From Chrysemys picta bellii (Eukaryota): a DNA stretch of 64,000 bases. The stretch spans positions 30,690,001 to 30,754,000 of the forward strand of contig NC_088806.1 of the NCBI RefSeq assembly GCF_011386835.1. Direction: 5' to 3'. The notes below the pieces were generated by a model. That model saw nothing but the letters and a program-made list of their open reading frames with translations. It was not told the DNA's origin and ran no database searches. The position numbers and the translations under genes were made by a program. Below, piece after piece: positions 1-11,246 of this stretch. Every line of letters begins with the position of its first letter. The first letter of the stretch is position 1.

Positions 1-70
1 CTCACAACAGCAACATGACCTCAGGCAGGGTCCAGCCGGGACCCCACACGTGCCATCATGATGCCCAGTT

Positions 71-285
71 CGGTGACGTCATCAGGCTGAGCCACTGCCT
101 CATCGTGGATGAGGTCATCACGTCAGCACACGCATCGTTGACATTTGGTTTGCTCATCATGATGAGCGGTGACGTCATCACACCGAGCCACTGCCGCGTC
201 GCCAATGAAGTCACACGTCACCGGGAGGATCATCGTTCTGTGATGACACGTTGCGCGGTGACCTCATCAGGCTGTGCCATGTCCC
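71..285. repeat. Degenerate ~90-96 bp tandem repeat (about 3 copies) carrying CRE-type TGACGTCA motifs
   Basis: cggtgacgtcatcaggctgagccactgcc (71), gcggtgacgtcatcacaccgagccactgcc (~166) and gcggtgacctcatcaggctgtgcca (~255). Perfect TGACGTCA at 74-81 and 170-177; TGACCTCA at 259-266. Confidence 0.6.
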
Positions 286-299
286 ATCACAGCACCAAG

Positions 300-900
300 G
301 GCCCCCCCCTCGCTGTCCCCGCCAATGGGGAGCGAGGCAGGCGCACGGGCCCCTGGGCGCCCCCTAGGGAAAGCCCGGAGACGGGCTGGGCGGGATTTCC
401 GGCACAGCCGGCACGTGATTGGCAGGCGTGGGGGAACGGAAGCGGAAGCAGCGTAGCGCGCAGGCGCAGCGGCAGTCTGGACTCCGCGGGGGAGGGACGC
501 GCCGCCCGCCCGAGAGAGAGATGGAGACGCGGGGGGAGCCGCAGCCGGCGTGAGTGAGAGAGACCCGGGGCCGCGCCCGCGCCGCCTCAGGCAGCCTGGG
601 GCGCGCGGGGCCGGGCCTGCTCGCGCCCCCTCCCCACCCCCTGGCGGCGGCGGCTGCCCTTTGCCGCAGGCCCGGGGGCGGGTTCGCGTGGGCCGGGGGG
701 CAGCGGCCTGTCCGCCCGCCCGCCCCGGAGCGGCCGTTTGTTCTCCCGCTCGGGGCCCCATCCCCGCAACGGGGCCCGTGTCCCCCGGGAGCCAGGCCTC
801 CGCCCCCGGGGCTGCCTCTCGCCAGCAGGGACAGGGGTGGGCGAGGGGCCGGGCGGGCTCGTGCGACCGAACTCCGCTGTGTTTTGAACCTGCCCTGTTC
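300..900 (+). promoter_or_regulatory. PAFAH1B2: CpG-island housekeeping promoter of PAFAH1B2
   Basis: Dense CpG. E-box CACGTG 412-417 abuts a reverse CCAAT (ATTGG 418-422); tandem ETS/GABPA CGGAAG at 437-442 and 443-448; NRF1-type CGCGCAGGCGCA at 457-468; no TATA box. Confidence 0.8.
449..549 (+). other. PAFAH1B2: Non-coding exon 1 of PAFAH1B2 (TSS approximate)
   Basis: Strong donor GGC|GTGAGT at 550 inside the CpG island. The first coding exon has only 7 nt of UTR after its acceptor, so an upstream exon is required. Confidence 0.65.
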
Positions 901-951
901 TGGGCGAGAGCGTGTTTTAGTCTGTGTGTCTGCTTGGCCCTTGGCTAACAA

Positions 952-1116
952 ATCATCATAGAGTTTATCAGAGACTAGCAGGGCTGGAAGGGACCTCAGG
1001 AGGTATCTAGTCCGGCCCCCTGCTCAAAGCAGGACCAATCCCCAACTAAATCCCCAAATCCTTAAATGGCCCCCTCAAGGATTGAATTCACAACCCTGGG
1101 CTGGTAGGCCAATGCT
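952..1116 (-). mobile_element. Tortoise-type tRNA-derived SINE with CR1 LINE 3' tail (5'-truncated)
   Basis: The reverse strand reads agcattggcctaccagcccagggttgtgaattcaatccttgagggggccatttaa (tRNA-like head with B-box-like sequence), followed by a CR1-type tail (plus strand: atcatag...gggctggaagggacctcaggagg...ctagtcc). Confidence 0.8.
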
Positions 1117-1377
1117 ATGTGCTGGGAGGCAGTCACTGTAGTAACGGGGGTGGGGCATTGGGAAAGGGGACTGCTCCTGCATGAATTCACCATGAACTGC
1201 TCCACCCTGCTTCTGGGGTCTTTCCCAAAAGCACACTTGAGAAATTAAGTGTAAGCATAGTTATCACTTTGCCTGTTACCATGGAAGGTGATTAAATACA
1301 AGACACTTGAATTTAAAACCTTTCCTCTAGACACAAGAGATTTTGAAGGCAATAGTTATGCTGAGATAACTTCTGGG

Positions 1378-1402
1378 TTTTTATTTATTTATTTATTTAT
1401 TT
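1378..1402. repeat. (TTTA)n microsatellite
   Basis: tttttatttatttatttatttattt. Confidence 0.9.
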
Positions 1403-3404
1403 CAACCAACCAACTAACCAACCATGAGTTTTGCTTGTGGCCAATCTGACCAACAGCCTCTTCACCTCAAAAACACGTTAAATCTACTCTGTGCCAGACT
1501 CTACCATCAGACACAGCCATAATAATAGGATACGATTCCGGAATCTGTTCACGTCACGGGTGGAATGAGATTCTCAATCCTAATGGATTTGGGTAGCAAG
1601 GGGGAGGAATACTGTAACAGACAAGTTCTAACTTACTGGGGCAATGTTTCTTTTCTTCCTTTGGAGTCTCTTTAAAAACTATGTGAATCTTCTAGTGAAA
1701 GGTGTTGAGTTGACAACCAGGGGACTGGAGTCCTCTGTTTGTCCCCAGAACAGCCAGCTTCCTCCAAACTGCACCCGCCAATGTGTTTCAATGTAGCCTT
1801 GAAAGGAACCCTTTCAAACGATGAGCGTAGCTGAGTCTCTCATTTACTATATGGTCTTTTGGAAATAGACTGTCAGGCTACCAACAGTCTAGCTAAGGCC
1901 TCATTATTTGCTCTGCCCCCGTTGCCGTCTGGTGGTGCACATGACTTTATAAAATTATTTCTAAGGGGATGGGAGTGGGGAGAGTTATTTGAGGCAAGAG
2001 GAGAAATGTAGAATTTGTATATACTGTCTCCTGATTTCTCTTAATGGTATATAAATGTCCATGATTGAGTCTTGCTGATCCACTGAGTGTAAACATTTTG
2101 TATAACCTTAGATTTTTTTGCATAATCTTTTTATTAGTCATTTTCCCTTTTTGAACCAAGATAAAACCAAACATCAGGGATGTGCTATTAGCAAAATTAT
2201 CATCATCTGACTTTACAAGGGTAAAATGGAAATGATGGATATCTGTAGCTTTGAATATGGAACTTCCAACCTTCCCAGGTTATGATGCCATATGTCTTTA
2301 AAGAGGGACTTTCACACTGGGACATTGTCTGATGCAAACAGTTTTGCCACTTTTCTCCTGCTGTAACTATCAAATATTTGTTTAAAGAGACGCTTCTTTT
2401 CCTCACAACTTGGCTGCTTCATTCCTACTTCATTGTGGTATCAAGTTCAAGAGGAGGAAGCTGAGTGGAAACTGTTGTTCTTTGTAATCATAATGGGAGG
2501 TGTACGAGTAAAGAGAAGACATTTCTGTTAAAGGATAGAGGAGAATTCTTAGACCTCATTCCACCTTGTTCCAAATTGACCTATATTACTGAAATGGAGC
2601 TCTAACTTCTTGCTCACACATCTGGAGGTGTAAAAATCCTTTGTCTAGTACAGGATCAATCCCATATGCTTGTGTACGAGAGACTATCATCTGTACTATG
2701 ATCCACCCATTTTCATGTCTGTTTCCCATTACCTTGTATTTCTCAGCATTGCATAAAGTCACGTTTGGGTCTCTGATGCTGTGTGTTCTAGGCACATTAA
2801 TATTATGCTAGAAGAGGGACTGGCCATTGTTGGGTGGGTGGAAACTAATAATACATGCATGGAAAAATACCTGAATGTATCAATACTGTAATGCTCTTTG
2901 CCACTGCAAGTGAAAGTCACTGGTCAGTTGATTAGGTGAGACTTTATTCCCTACATACACCTGCATACTTTGATACCACAAAACAGTTATCTCTGCCAAC
3001 CAAAAGGGTTTCAACCAGAGTTCTTGCCAAAGATGTGTTGGTGGAGATACTGTGGGACTTGTAAGTGATAAGTGTATTTAGGGTTATTTAGGTTATTGAA
3101 TCAAATCATGTGACTGAATTTTTAAAGGGCTGGTTAATTTCATGTCCATTAGTAATAGCTGTAGCTCAGATCTCATCTTCAAGACTCATTCCCCTCTTCC
3201 CGTACTGTGCTGTATTTAAAGATGAATTGGATGTTTATATGGATAACAAGAATATTGGCTCTAATAGACTATGCTGCCCCAAAAAAGTGTTGGAATGAAT
3301 ATAAAATCTCACGTTTCAGGTCTTAAGACAATCTCTGACTGTTAGGGGTTGGGATGAGACTTTCATGGAGTCTGATTATCCCACGTATGTCTGCTATGGA
3401 GTTC

Positions 3405-3512
3405 TTGACCTTCCTCTGAAGCATTTGGTGCTGGCCACTGCCAAGGACAGGATATTGGACTAGATGGGCTGACCACAGGTCTGAACCAGTATGGAAATTC
3501 AGATGTTCTGTG
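3405..3512 (+). mobile_element. CR1 LINE 3'-end fragment
   Basis: ccttcctctgaagcatttggtgctggccactg...ggatattggactagatgg...ggtctga.ccagtatgg.aatt...atgttct matches the recalled turtle CR1 3' end. Confidence 0.65.
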
Positions 3513-5509
3513 ATCGGTGAATTGAGTTTTCTCCTTTCTCTGAAGCATAAGCTATTGGCAACTGCAGGCCACAAGGCCAGATGGAGCTATGTCTGATCTG
3601 GTGTGGCAAACTTTTCTTGTGTGCAGTAGACCTTTTACTTCATTCACTCTAGGGCAACATTGACCCAGAAGGCTTCAGGAAACTTGAAACTGTTTTCACC
3701 AAAATGAGTAAGTGCTGTTGTGCATCAAACCCTTTGTCTCCATAACAATACTTTTATCTATGGTTGTCAGCCATTAACATTAGCATTTCCTGTTGTGAAG
3801 AGGGCATATGTTGTGTAAGCATAGTTTTGGCAAATTCGCCTTCCAGTGCAAAGCTGTGTGTTCTGCTATTAAATGCAGGGATAAATGTTTATGTAATGCT
3901 ATGTGACTTATTCCTTAGCAAGAGTCACTTGAGGCGAAAAATGTTAGAATAAATATTGGTGTCAGTCGCCTCTTGTGTCAGAAAAGGCTTGCTTTGTGGG
4001 AGCGCTGGGTTCTCCCTCCTGTTACTCGCCTTGGAGTTCTTTGGGTACCTATGTAGCGGTGAGAGTAATGCACAGAGTGTACTTGGCACCTGAACTTTAT
4101 AGGCCAGCTTGTAAATGTTGTGATAGATTCAGTTTTTGTGGATAAAGCAGTTATGCGGGTTGGATTGTTACATATAAAAGAACACTCCAAAATTGTTTTC
4201 CTCTTTATGATAATACAGTAGAGCCCACTTCTATAGTCAACTTGGCTCACTAGATCACTCTGTTTCTAATGGTATAGTATGAATGCCCTATGTTTCACTG
4301 CATCGTACTGAGCAAATTGTAATTCTGCAAACAGTGAAACCTCTTTTCGACAAGAGAAAAATTACTTACTTCTAAGAATATTTCACAGTATGTGTGTGTG
4401 TGCATGTATAGAGCACAAATTGAGAGAGAATGCAAGCTTACAGAGCAAGATAACATTAACTATCAATCACTAATGATATTTTGTCTGCAAAGACTTCAAA
4501 AGAAATTACTCTCCCCTCAGCTTGTATTATTCTATATATGTTACTCAAAGGGAAGCACTAGTCTGTAGGGTTAAATATGAAAATACTTTAGAGCAAATAT
4601 TTTTAAATGTAATTTTATGATTTATGATCTCTGGCACTTGGATATGGGCATTCCCTTGCCCTATTTGCATGTGCCAGAAGGGACCACCTGCTCTCTCTAC
4701 ATTTTGCATCTAACATAAAACTAGCTATACCAAAGTGAGGGTTCTTAAGCTTTCACCCAACTTTTTTCATGGCTGCATATTTCAGTCACATTCCTTTCTT
4801 TCCCAAGTTATATTACTCTCTATCTCCTGTGTGTTGGCTAATGGTATTCTCCACTAGACTACCACACTGGCTTCAGAATAAAGTTTTTTGGTTTATTACA
4901 TAGAGCTGCAGCTAAAGATACTTCGGAGGTGCCAGCCCCGTGTGGAATGCTAATGTTTTCTGCTTAGACCCTCTTGGGCCAATGGAGCTAGTACATTGTC
5001 TTTTGAAACCAGTTAATCCATCTGAAATGGATATATGCAGTTGCAGTCTGGTATTGTACAAGTAATGGCAAATCCTCTGATAATTAGAATCTATACTGTG
5101 TTATAGTGAATAATAAACATGCGTGAGATAGGTGCTCCTGCAAAGATTGCCCTAAAATGAACTTGCTATTATTATTAAAAGGTTGTTTTCACCTGTCTGG
5201 ATGTCACTGATCAGAAGTTGGTAGAGTGGTTTCAACAAGATCATGCTGCAGGGACAATTCGGGGTTCCTGCATGGAATAAAACTTGCTTAAGTGAGTCTT
5301 CCAGGCATATTCGCTTTCAGCAGAACAGATGCAAATTGTTATTAGTTACAAATGTCTGTAAATGCAGTTCTTTCAAGCTAAGCTACTGCTGGTCTTGACT
5401 CCTTGTACGAGTGTATGGCAACAGCTCTGGCCTCTTGAGAGTCAGAGCTTGATTTTGATCCTTGGTATATAGCGTAACATATATTAAATGTTCTTTCAAC
5501 AGGAATAGA

Positions 5510-5590
5510 ATGAGCCAGGGAGACTCAAACCCAGCAGCAGTTCCACATGCAGCTGAAGACATTCAAGGAGATGACAGGTGGATGTCACAG
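5510..5590 (+). CDS. PAFAH1B2: PAFAH1B2 coding exon 1
   Basis: Acceptor AG 5501-5502; MSQGD...RWMSQ; donor GTAAAA at 5591. Confidence 0.97.
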
Positions 5591-8500
5591 GTAAAACTGA
5601 AAACACAGCTGACGGATAGGATCCTCTTTACTAGCAGATTGTGAGGTAATCAGGTGCATGATGAGCAAAATACAGATGCTTACATTTCTGATTCTGTTCG
5701 CAGATGTTAGCAGCGTTATTGATGGCTTCCAGTAACCTGCCACAATAAAAGCGGCAAAAAGCAGCTTTGTGCCATGACCTGCAAACCACATTTTGAAATA
5801 GAGTTCCAGAAAGATATTGCAACTGGCTCATTAATTGGGAAGAATTGCCAACCAGTTTATTAAAAACTGGATAGCACTGAAGTGTGTAATATATCCTGGC
5901 AGTTACAAAGCTGAGAATAGCTGAACCCAAGTGTCTGGACTCGGAGTCTCCTGTTCGTACAACTAGATTGTTAAAGCTACTTCTAGACAGGGTGAAAATA
6001 GTCTGAGGAGACTCGTATTGTGACTAGCCAACAACCTGAATGACTATAGATTTAGAATTGCTGAACACAGTATCTGGAGCAAGCACCCCCTTTGTGTGTG
6101 GTGCATAGTGTAGCCTGAGGGGCTCTGAGTTGTAAAGGAGTGGCCATTTAAAATGTCAGAACTTGTCTATGCCAGGGAGAGAGCAGGCAGGGAGGAAGTT
6201 CCAGCAGTTAAGGAGTTAAACTAAAGATACATGCCTGAGGGGCAGACAGGATGAAAAGTCACAAAGTTTGGCAGCAGAGGAACTGGTTGGGCAACTATCA
6301 CTTTCTGTGCATGGGCTACAGATACCAAAGGGGAACTGTCAGCTGGAGCTTATGTTGCTGCTTTCTTTTAAACAGCACAACAGATTTGTCTTGGACTGCA
6401 AGGACAAGGAGCCCGATGTGCTGTTTGTGGGTGATTCCATGGTGCAGTTGCTACAGCAGTATGAGGTATGGCTGGAGGGGATGAAGCTGTGGGGTTAAAT
6501 GAGTGAGATGGTGCCTCCCTATCACTTCTAGTCCAATAACTGGTGAACCTATGCAATACTGACAGTGCCTCCCTGTCCTCGGGTCCTTTCTAACCTTACC
6601 TCCACTTCTACAGCTGCTTTCCAAACCTTGATCCCTTCCATTTCCCTGTGCTTGCCCTAGGCTTCTCCAGTCCAATCCCGTCAGCCGCTTTGAACCTTCA
6701 CCCCACCCCTCCTTTCCCTGAGGTCATTTGCAGCCTTCTTAGTTTCACCATACACATCCCGTTTCTGTCCCTCTATCTCACTCTTGCCACTCTTTCTTAC
6801 TCTCCAGTTGCTGTGTGAGCCCATGTGTAGATTTAAAATGAATTCTATCCTCTCTTCTCCCCACACCTTCTGTATTCTAGATTGTGCCCATCCAACTTCC
6901 AATGTGACTGTTTTTCACTTCGTTCTCAATAATGATGTTTCCTTATCTCGCAATGGTACAAATATTAAATTTAGTGCGTGTATCACCTTAGCCAGAGAAT
7001 TTCAATTTAACCCTCTTGCATGCAGTGTCCTAGCATGCTTGTCCCTCTGCTGGCATAGAGACTGTGCTATTGACTATCCCAGTGTCCAGAGATTAGGAAA
7101 GGCAGCAACTAGGATATTCTTAAAAAAATGTGTAAAATGTTTTGAAAGCTGTCCCTTCATCCACTATTTCATCAGTAATGGCTACCAAACCGCTTTGCTC
7201 TGAAAGTGTTCCTTTCCAATGTGACTCATTTGGTTCTAGACTTCTAACTTCTTAGGCAGTAAAAGGAGTTCCTTCAAGATTTCCTTTCTCTCCTCAAAAG
7301 TCCCATGTTTAGCTGAGCTCTGGTTCTGGCCTTGATGGACTGGAGATGCCTCCCTTTCTAGGCCATCGACATCCCTCCTGGATGGTCTGAAGGGAGATTG
7401 CTCGGTATTAGCTCCCTCTTATCTCTGTGCCAGGACGGAGTTAATTAACTGCTGTGATTCCACCTCTTCTGGCCCAAAGAATGTGTAATGCTTCCACTGG
7501 CAGCACCTCTTCTCCCCTGGAGAAGATCTTCACTCACTTCGAATGTACCATTACCTGAGTTACCTCTTTATGTAAAGTGTTTTATTTTTGATGCTGAAGA
7601 ATAACACTTGATCTAAAATAGTAAATTGGTTTCTGGTTACAGATATGGCGAGAGCTTTTTTCACCCCTTCATGCATTGAATTTTGGGATCGGTGGGGACA
7701 CAACAGCTCATGTTCTATGGAGATTGAAGAATGGTGAATTGGAGAACATTAAACCCAAGGTATAAACACAAACAGCTGCTTTTATGTTTTTTTATTTTAG
7801 AAAAAACATTGAATATTGTCTAGTACAGAGCTGAGGGCACCAAAAGTCAGAAGAATAGTCATTCTCTAACCAATGAGCTCTTAGCTTCTTCTTTAGAACT
7901 TCTCTATAAAAGGTGTTTATTTACAAGGAATGTACAAAGTCCTGTGTCTCTGAAGACCGAAGGAATCAAATAGCAAGAAACAGCTTCTTTTGCTCATAGC
8001 ACCAAAAACACTCTCTTCATCCTGCACCCCGACCCAAAAACCTCTCCCTAGGTTTTTTCAGGATTAGACACTGCATTTAGGTGTTCCTTCAGGTTGTCTA
8101 ATTTTAGTTCTATTAATTGAAGGGTGCATTCGTACCTGTCCATCTCAATGAGGTTGTAAGTCAGGCCACAACAAGGTTTCACGCAACTAATAACACATTC
8201 TAAATGACATACAGTGTACCGGGGTGTTGTAGGCATTTGCGAAGCACCCTGCACCACAATACATAATGTACAACACAGGTTCAAGTTTGGTCACCATTGT
8301 CAAGCACATTCATGACCCCAACATAAGAGTTAAGGCTTAAAAGTAGAGAAATGCTATAAAAGGGTTTCATTTGAGAGCCAAGACTGTGGTTGGTGCTTTA
8401 CAAACAAATAAGCTTCTTCACCTGTGATGCTTCTAGTCTGCTTCATACACATTAGTATGTTGTAAGACAGGCAAGGTGCAAGGTACTCTAGGAGTCTGAA

Positions 8501-9909
8501 TTGGTCACTAAACACAGTGCAGAAGAAGTGTCAGATATCTGTTCCTGTGCTGATCAGGGTAGCTTCTTTTAACACTGTGACTCTGGTTCTGTACTGGGTG
8601 AGAGGGAGGAGTCTTAAGTTGACAAGAAATGATTCAAGAGTCGTCAAAGCTGACAGTCCGGGACTTTTAATATTTAAGCCTAACTCTTAATTGTTTTGTC
8701 TGATTGGTTGCAGACAGCCTAGGCCCTAGCTATTGCCCTTTCCCCAAGAGCCAGTATGGCTGCTACAGCCTCTCCTGTTTGTGTACCTTGAGTGGAGTGC
8801 TAAACTTGCTGCACAGTTCCTGTTTCCTCTTCACAGGTCATTGTCGTCTGGGTTGGAACAAATAACCATGAAAATACAGCGGAGGAAGTAGCAGGTGGAA
8901 TCGAGGCCATCGTGCGGCTGATAAATACCCAACAGCCACAGGCCAAAGTTATTGTATTGGTATGCACATCAGAGGGTTGTGATAACATAGCACCATTGGA
9001 ACAACCCATGTCATGTTGTTTGCACCCCTGTCCCAATGGTATTGGGTGTTACCTGTGCATTTTGGGGGGTGGGTCATAACTTATTTACAATAATAAACAC
9101 TGTAGGATGGTTTCTCCTGTTCAGGGGGCTTTGCCAACATTATCTAACTTTCTCAGCCCCTTCAGAAGAGTATTATCTTCTCATTAGAGGCGTCTTTGTC
9201 CCAGACAGAGAAACAGAAGCAGTGAAATCACATGAGAGACAAGGATGATGGAGACAGAGCTGAGACTAGAACTTGAGCAATACCAGTTCTGATCCTGTGC
9301 TCAAACAGCTTAGAATGTCTCTTCTTCTGCTGTGGGAGTTGCATAACCAACCATTAAAACTGCATTGAAAGAGGGCATAAGTAGCTAATAAGAATGCTAA
9401 TAAGAATTGGTGAAAAGAGAAGATTTGCCCATGGGTCAGCAGTGTTCTTCAGACTGTTTTCAGTCATGTTTCAAAGTGGGGCTGGAGGGGGTGAGGAGGA
9501 TGTGCAGGGGGAGGAGTGGGATAGACCCTTTAAAGCTCAGAATGAGGGGCCAAGTCTAGAAAGAGACTATAAGTTACTATATTGTCTGAGTCACTTCAAA
9601 GCTCTCTTCTTTGCCTGCTTCCCTTATCAGAGCTTGCTACCTCGAGGTGAGAAACCAAACCCTCTGCGGCAGAAGAATGCCAAGGTGAACCAGCTGCTAA
9701 AAGCCTCGCTCCCAAAACTCGCCAGCGTCCAGCTTCTGGACGTCAGTGGGGGCTTCGTGCACTCGGATGGCGCCATCTCGTGCCATGACATGTTTGATTT
9801 TCTGCACCTGACGGGAGGGGGCTATGCAAAGATCTGCAAACCCCTCCATGAACTGATCATGCAGCTACTGGAGGAGACCCCTGAGGAGAAGCAAGCTGCT
9901 CTGGCCTGA
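5510..9909 (+). CDS. PAFAH1B2: Platelet-activating factor acetylhydrolase IB subunit alpha2 (SGNH hydrolase), 229 aa, 5 coding exons
   Basis: join(5510..5590,6376..6465,7643..7759,8837..8959,9631..9909). All introns are GT-AG, phase 0. Translates MSQGDSNPAAVPHAAEDIQGDDRWMSQHNRFVLDCKDKEPDVLFVGDS...GTNN...DFLH...EEKQAALA; catalytic S48, D193 and H196 are intact. Confidence 0.98.
6376..6465 (+). CDS. PAFAH1B2: PAFAH1B2 coding exon 2 (GDS nucleophile)
   Basis: HNRFVLDCKDKEPDVLFVGDSMVQLLQQYE; AG/GT flanks. Confidence 0.97.
7643..7759 (+). CDS. PAFAH1B2: PAFAH1B2 coding exon 3
   Basis: IWRELFSPLHALNFGIGGDTTAHVLWRLKNGELENIKPK; AG/GT flanks. Confidence 0.97.
8837..8959 (+). CDS. PAFAH1B2: PAFAH1B2 coding exon 4
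   Basis: VIVVWVGTNNHENTAEEVAGGIEAIVRLINTQQPQAKVIVL; AG/GT flanks. Confidence 0.97.
9631..9909 (+). CDS. PAFAH1B2: PAFAH1B2 last coding exon (DxxH)
   Basis: SLLPRGEKPNPLRQKNAKVNQLL...DFLHLTGGGYAKICKPLHELIMQLLEETPEEKQAALA-TGA. Confidence 0.97.
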   Translation, partial: SLLPRGEKPNPLRQKNAKVNQLLKASLPKLASVQLLDVSGGFVHSDGAISCHDMFDFLHLTGGGYAKICKPLHELIMQLLEETPEEKQAALA

Positions 9910-11240
9910 TCAGCTAATATCAGTGTTCAACATCATCCCAGCCCCATCAGATCAGTTCTGTCACTGGCACTACAGAATCCTTCTTGCTTAAAGCACTTTC
10001 CATTGTAGAATGTTACTGGATGTTCGTATCGAGTGTTTTGAAGGGGAGGGCTAACGTCAAACTGGTCTTGTACATAGAAGGGCAGGGCTAACTGGTTTTA
10101 CTGCAGGAAGAAATTAGCTAAAGAAGATTTTTACTTTAAACCATTCCTCATTTAAAATGAGAACAAGACTGTCACCTCTGTGCCCCTCACATGCATTATT
10201 GCTCTATGGTGCCCCTAGATCCCTGTCAGCCTGACTCTAATAACCCATGCGCAGCTCTCGGTTTAGCTATTCCCTTCCCTAGGCACTATACTCTGTATTC
10301 GCTTGGGAACCAGAATTGCATTCGACTCACTAGAAACAAAACAGCTGCATTTTTGTCAAAAACCGTTCCCACCTTTAGAAGTTTTATTTACTAAGGTATT
10401 TTTAAAAGACACTTGTTGCTTTCTGGCTCTTTGTTTTTGAAGCAGCATGAGACTAAATGTAACTGGAATTCAGAAATGTAAAAAAACAAAGTGTTAGTTG
10501 AGCTGAACTCATTTAACACTCCCAAAACATTGTTTTGATTTACAAAGTCTGTTAGCTGTGACAAACTTCATTCCACTGTTGCTTGGACTGTGGGCAGTCT
10601 CATGTGGGTGCTGTTGAATATCATGTCTCCTATAGAACCTGTTCTTTGTTTTGGTTTGTGTACAGTATTGGCAGCTTTTAACAGTTCTTTGGTTTAGGAG
10701 CTTAGTTTTCCAGCAAACATCAAACACAAGCCAGTCAGAAACGTAGAACTGACATTTCATCCCACTATGAGGGCTGTGCTACAGGGTTCTGTGCAGTGCT
10801 GTTCATGTTCATAGTTCCAATTTTTTTAAAGTACGACTGTTACGCCTTTTTTTTAATCCATACTCAGCCCCTCTTTGCAAGGCCTGAACCAATCTAATGC
10901 TTTACGAGTTCTAAGGTGTATATTTCTTTATTGCTTCTGTTTTACTTGTACAAACATTTTATTCAAGCAAATAAGGCCTTTGACAGTAAAGAATTGAGTC
11001 AGTTTGTAGCCTTTTCCTCTCCTGGACACTGCCCCTTTCCCCTCCAGCAAAGGGAGTTAGTGTGGAGAGTGGACTGTTCACAGGGACTCTCTGTCTCGCT
11101 AGAGCTTTTTATATGAGAGCTAATTATAATCTGTGTAATGACTATATAAAATTGTCATTCGTTTAAAGGTGAACAGGAAAAAAAAAATTCTTATCAATAA
11201 GAAACTGTTTGAGACCCAATGCAGAGCCTTGCTACTTAAA

Positions 11241-11246
11241 AATAAA
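11241..11246 (+). terminator. Candidate PAFAH1B2 polyadenylation signal (the UTR may extend further; another AATAAA at 11761)
   Basis: AATAAA in an AT-rich 3' region, followed by U-rich sequence. Confidence 0.4.

Noticed and set aside
15-961. Several 130-195 aa ORFs on both strands at the window start
   Set aside because: They lie in the GC-rich CpG island and CRE repeat, where stops are scarce; the Arg/Gly/Pro-rich translations have no recognisable domain.
1060-1116. tRNA-like sequence on the minus strand
   Set aside because: It is truncated and fused to a CR1 tail, so it is a SINE head and not a tRNA gene.
9394-9630. N-terminal part of the 171-aa ORF 9394..9909
   Set aside because: Intronic read-through; PAFAH1B2 homology begins only after the acceptor at 9629-9630.
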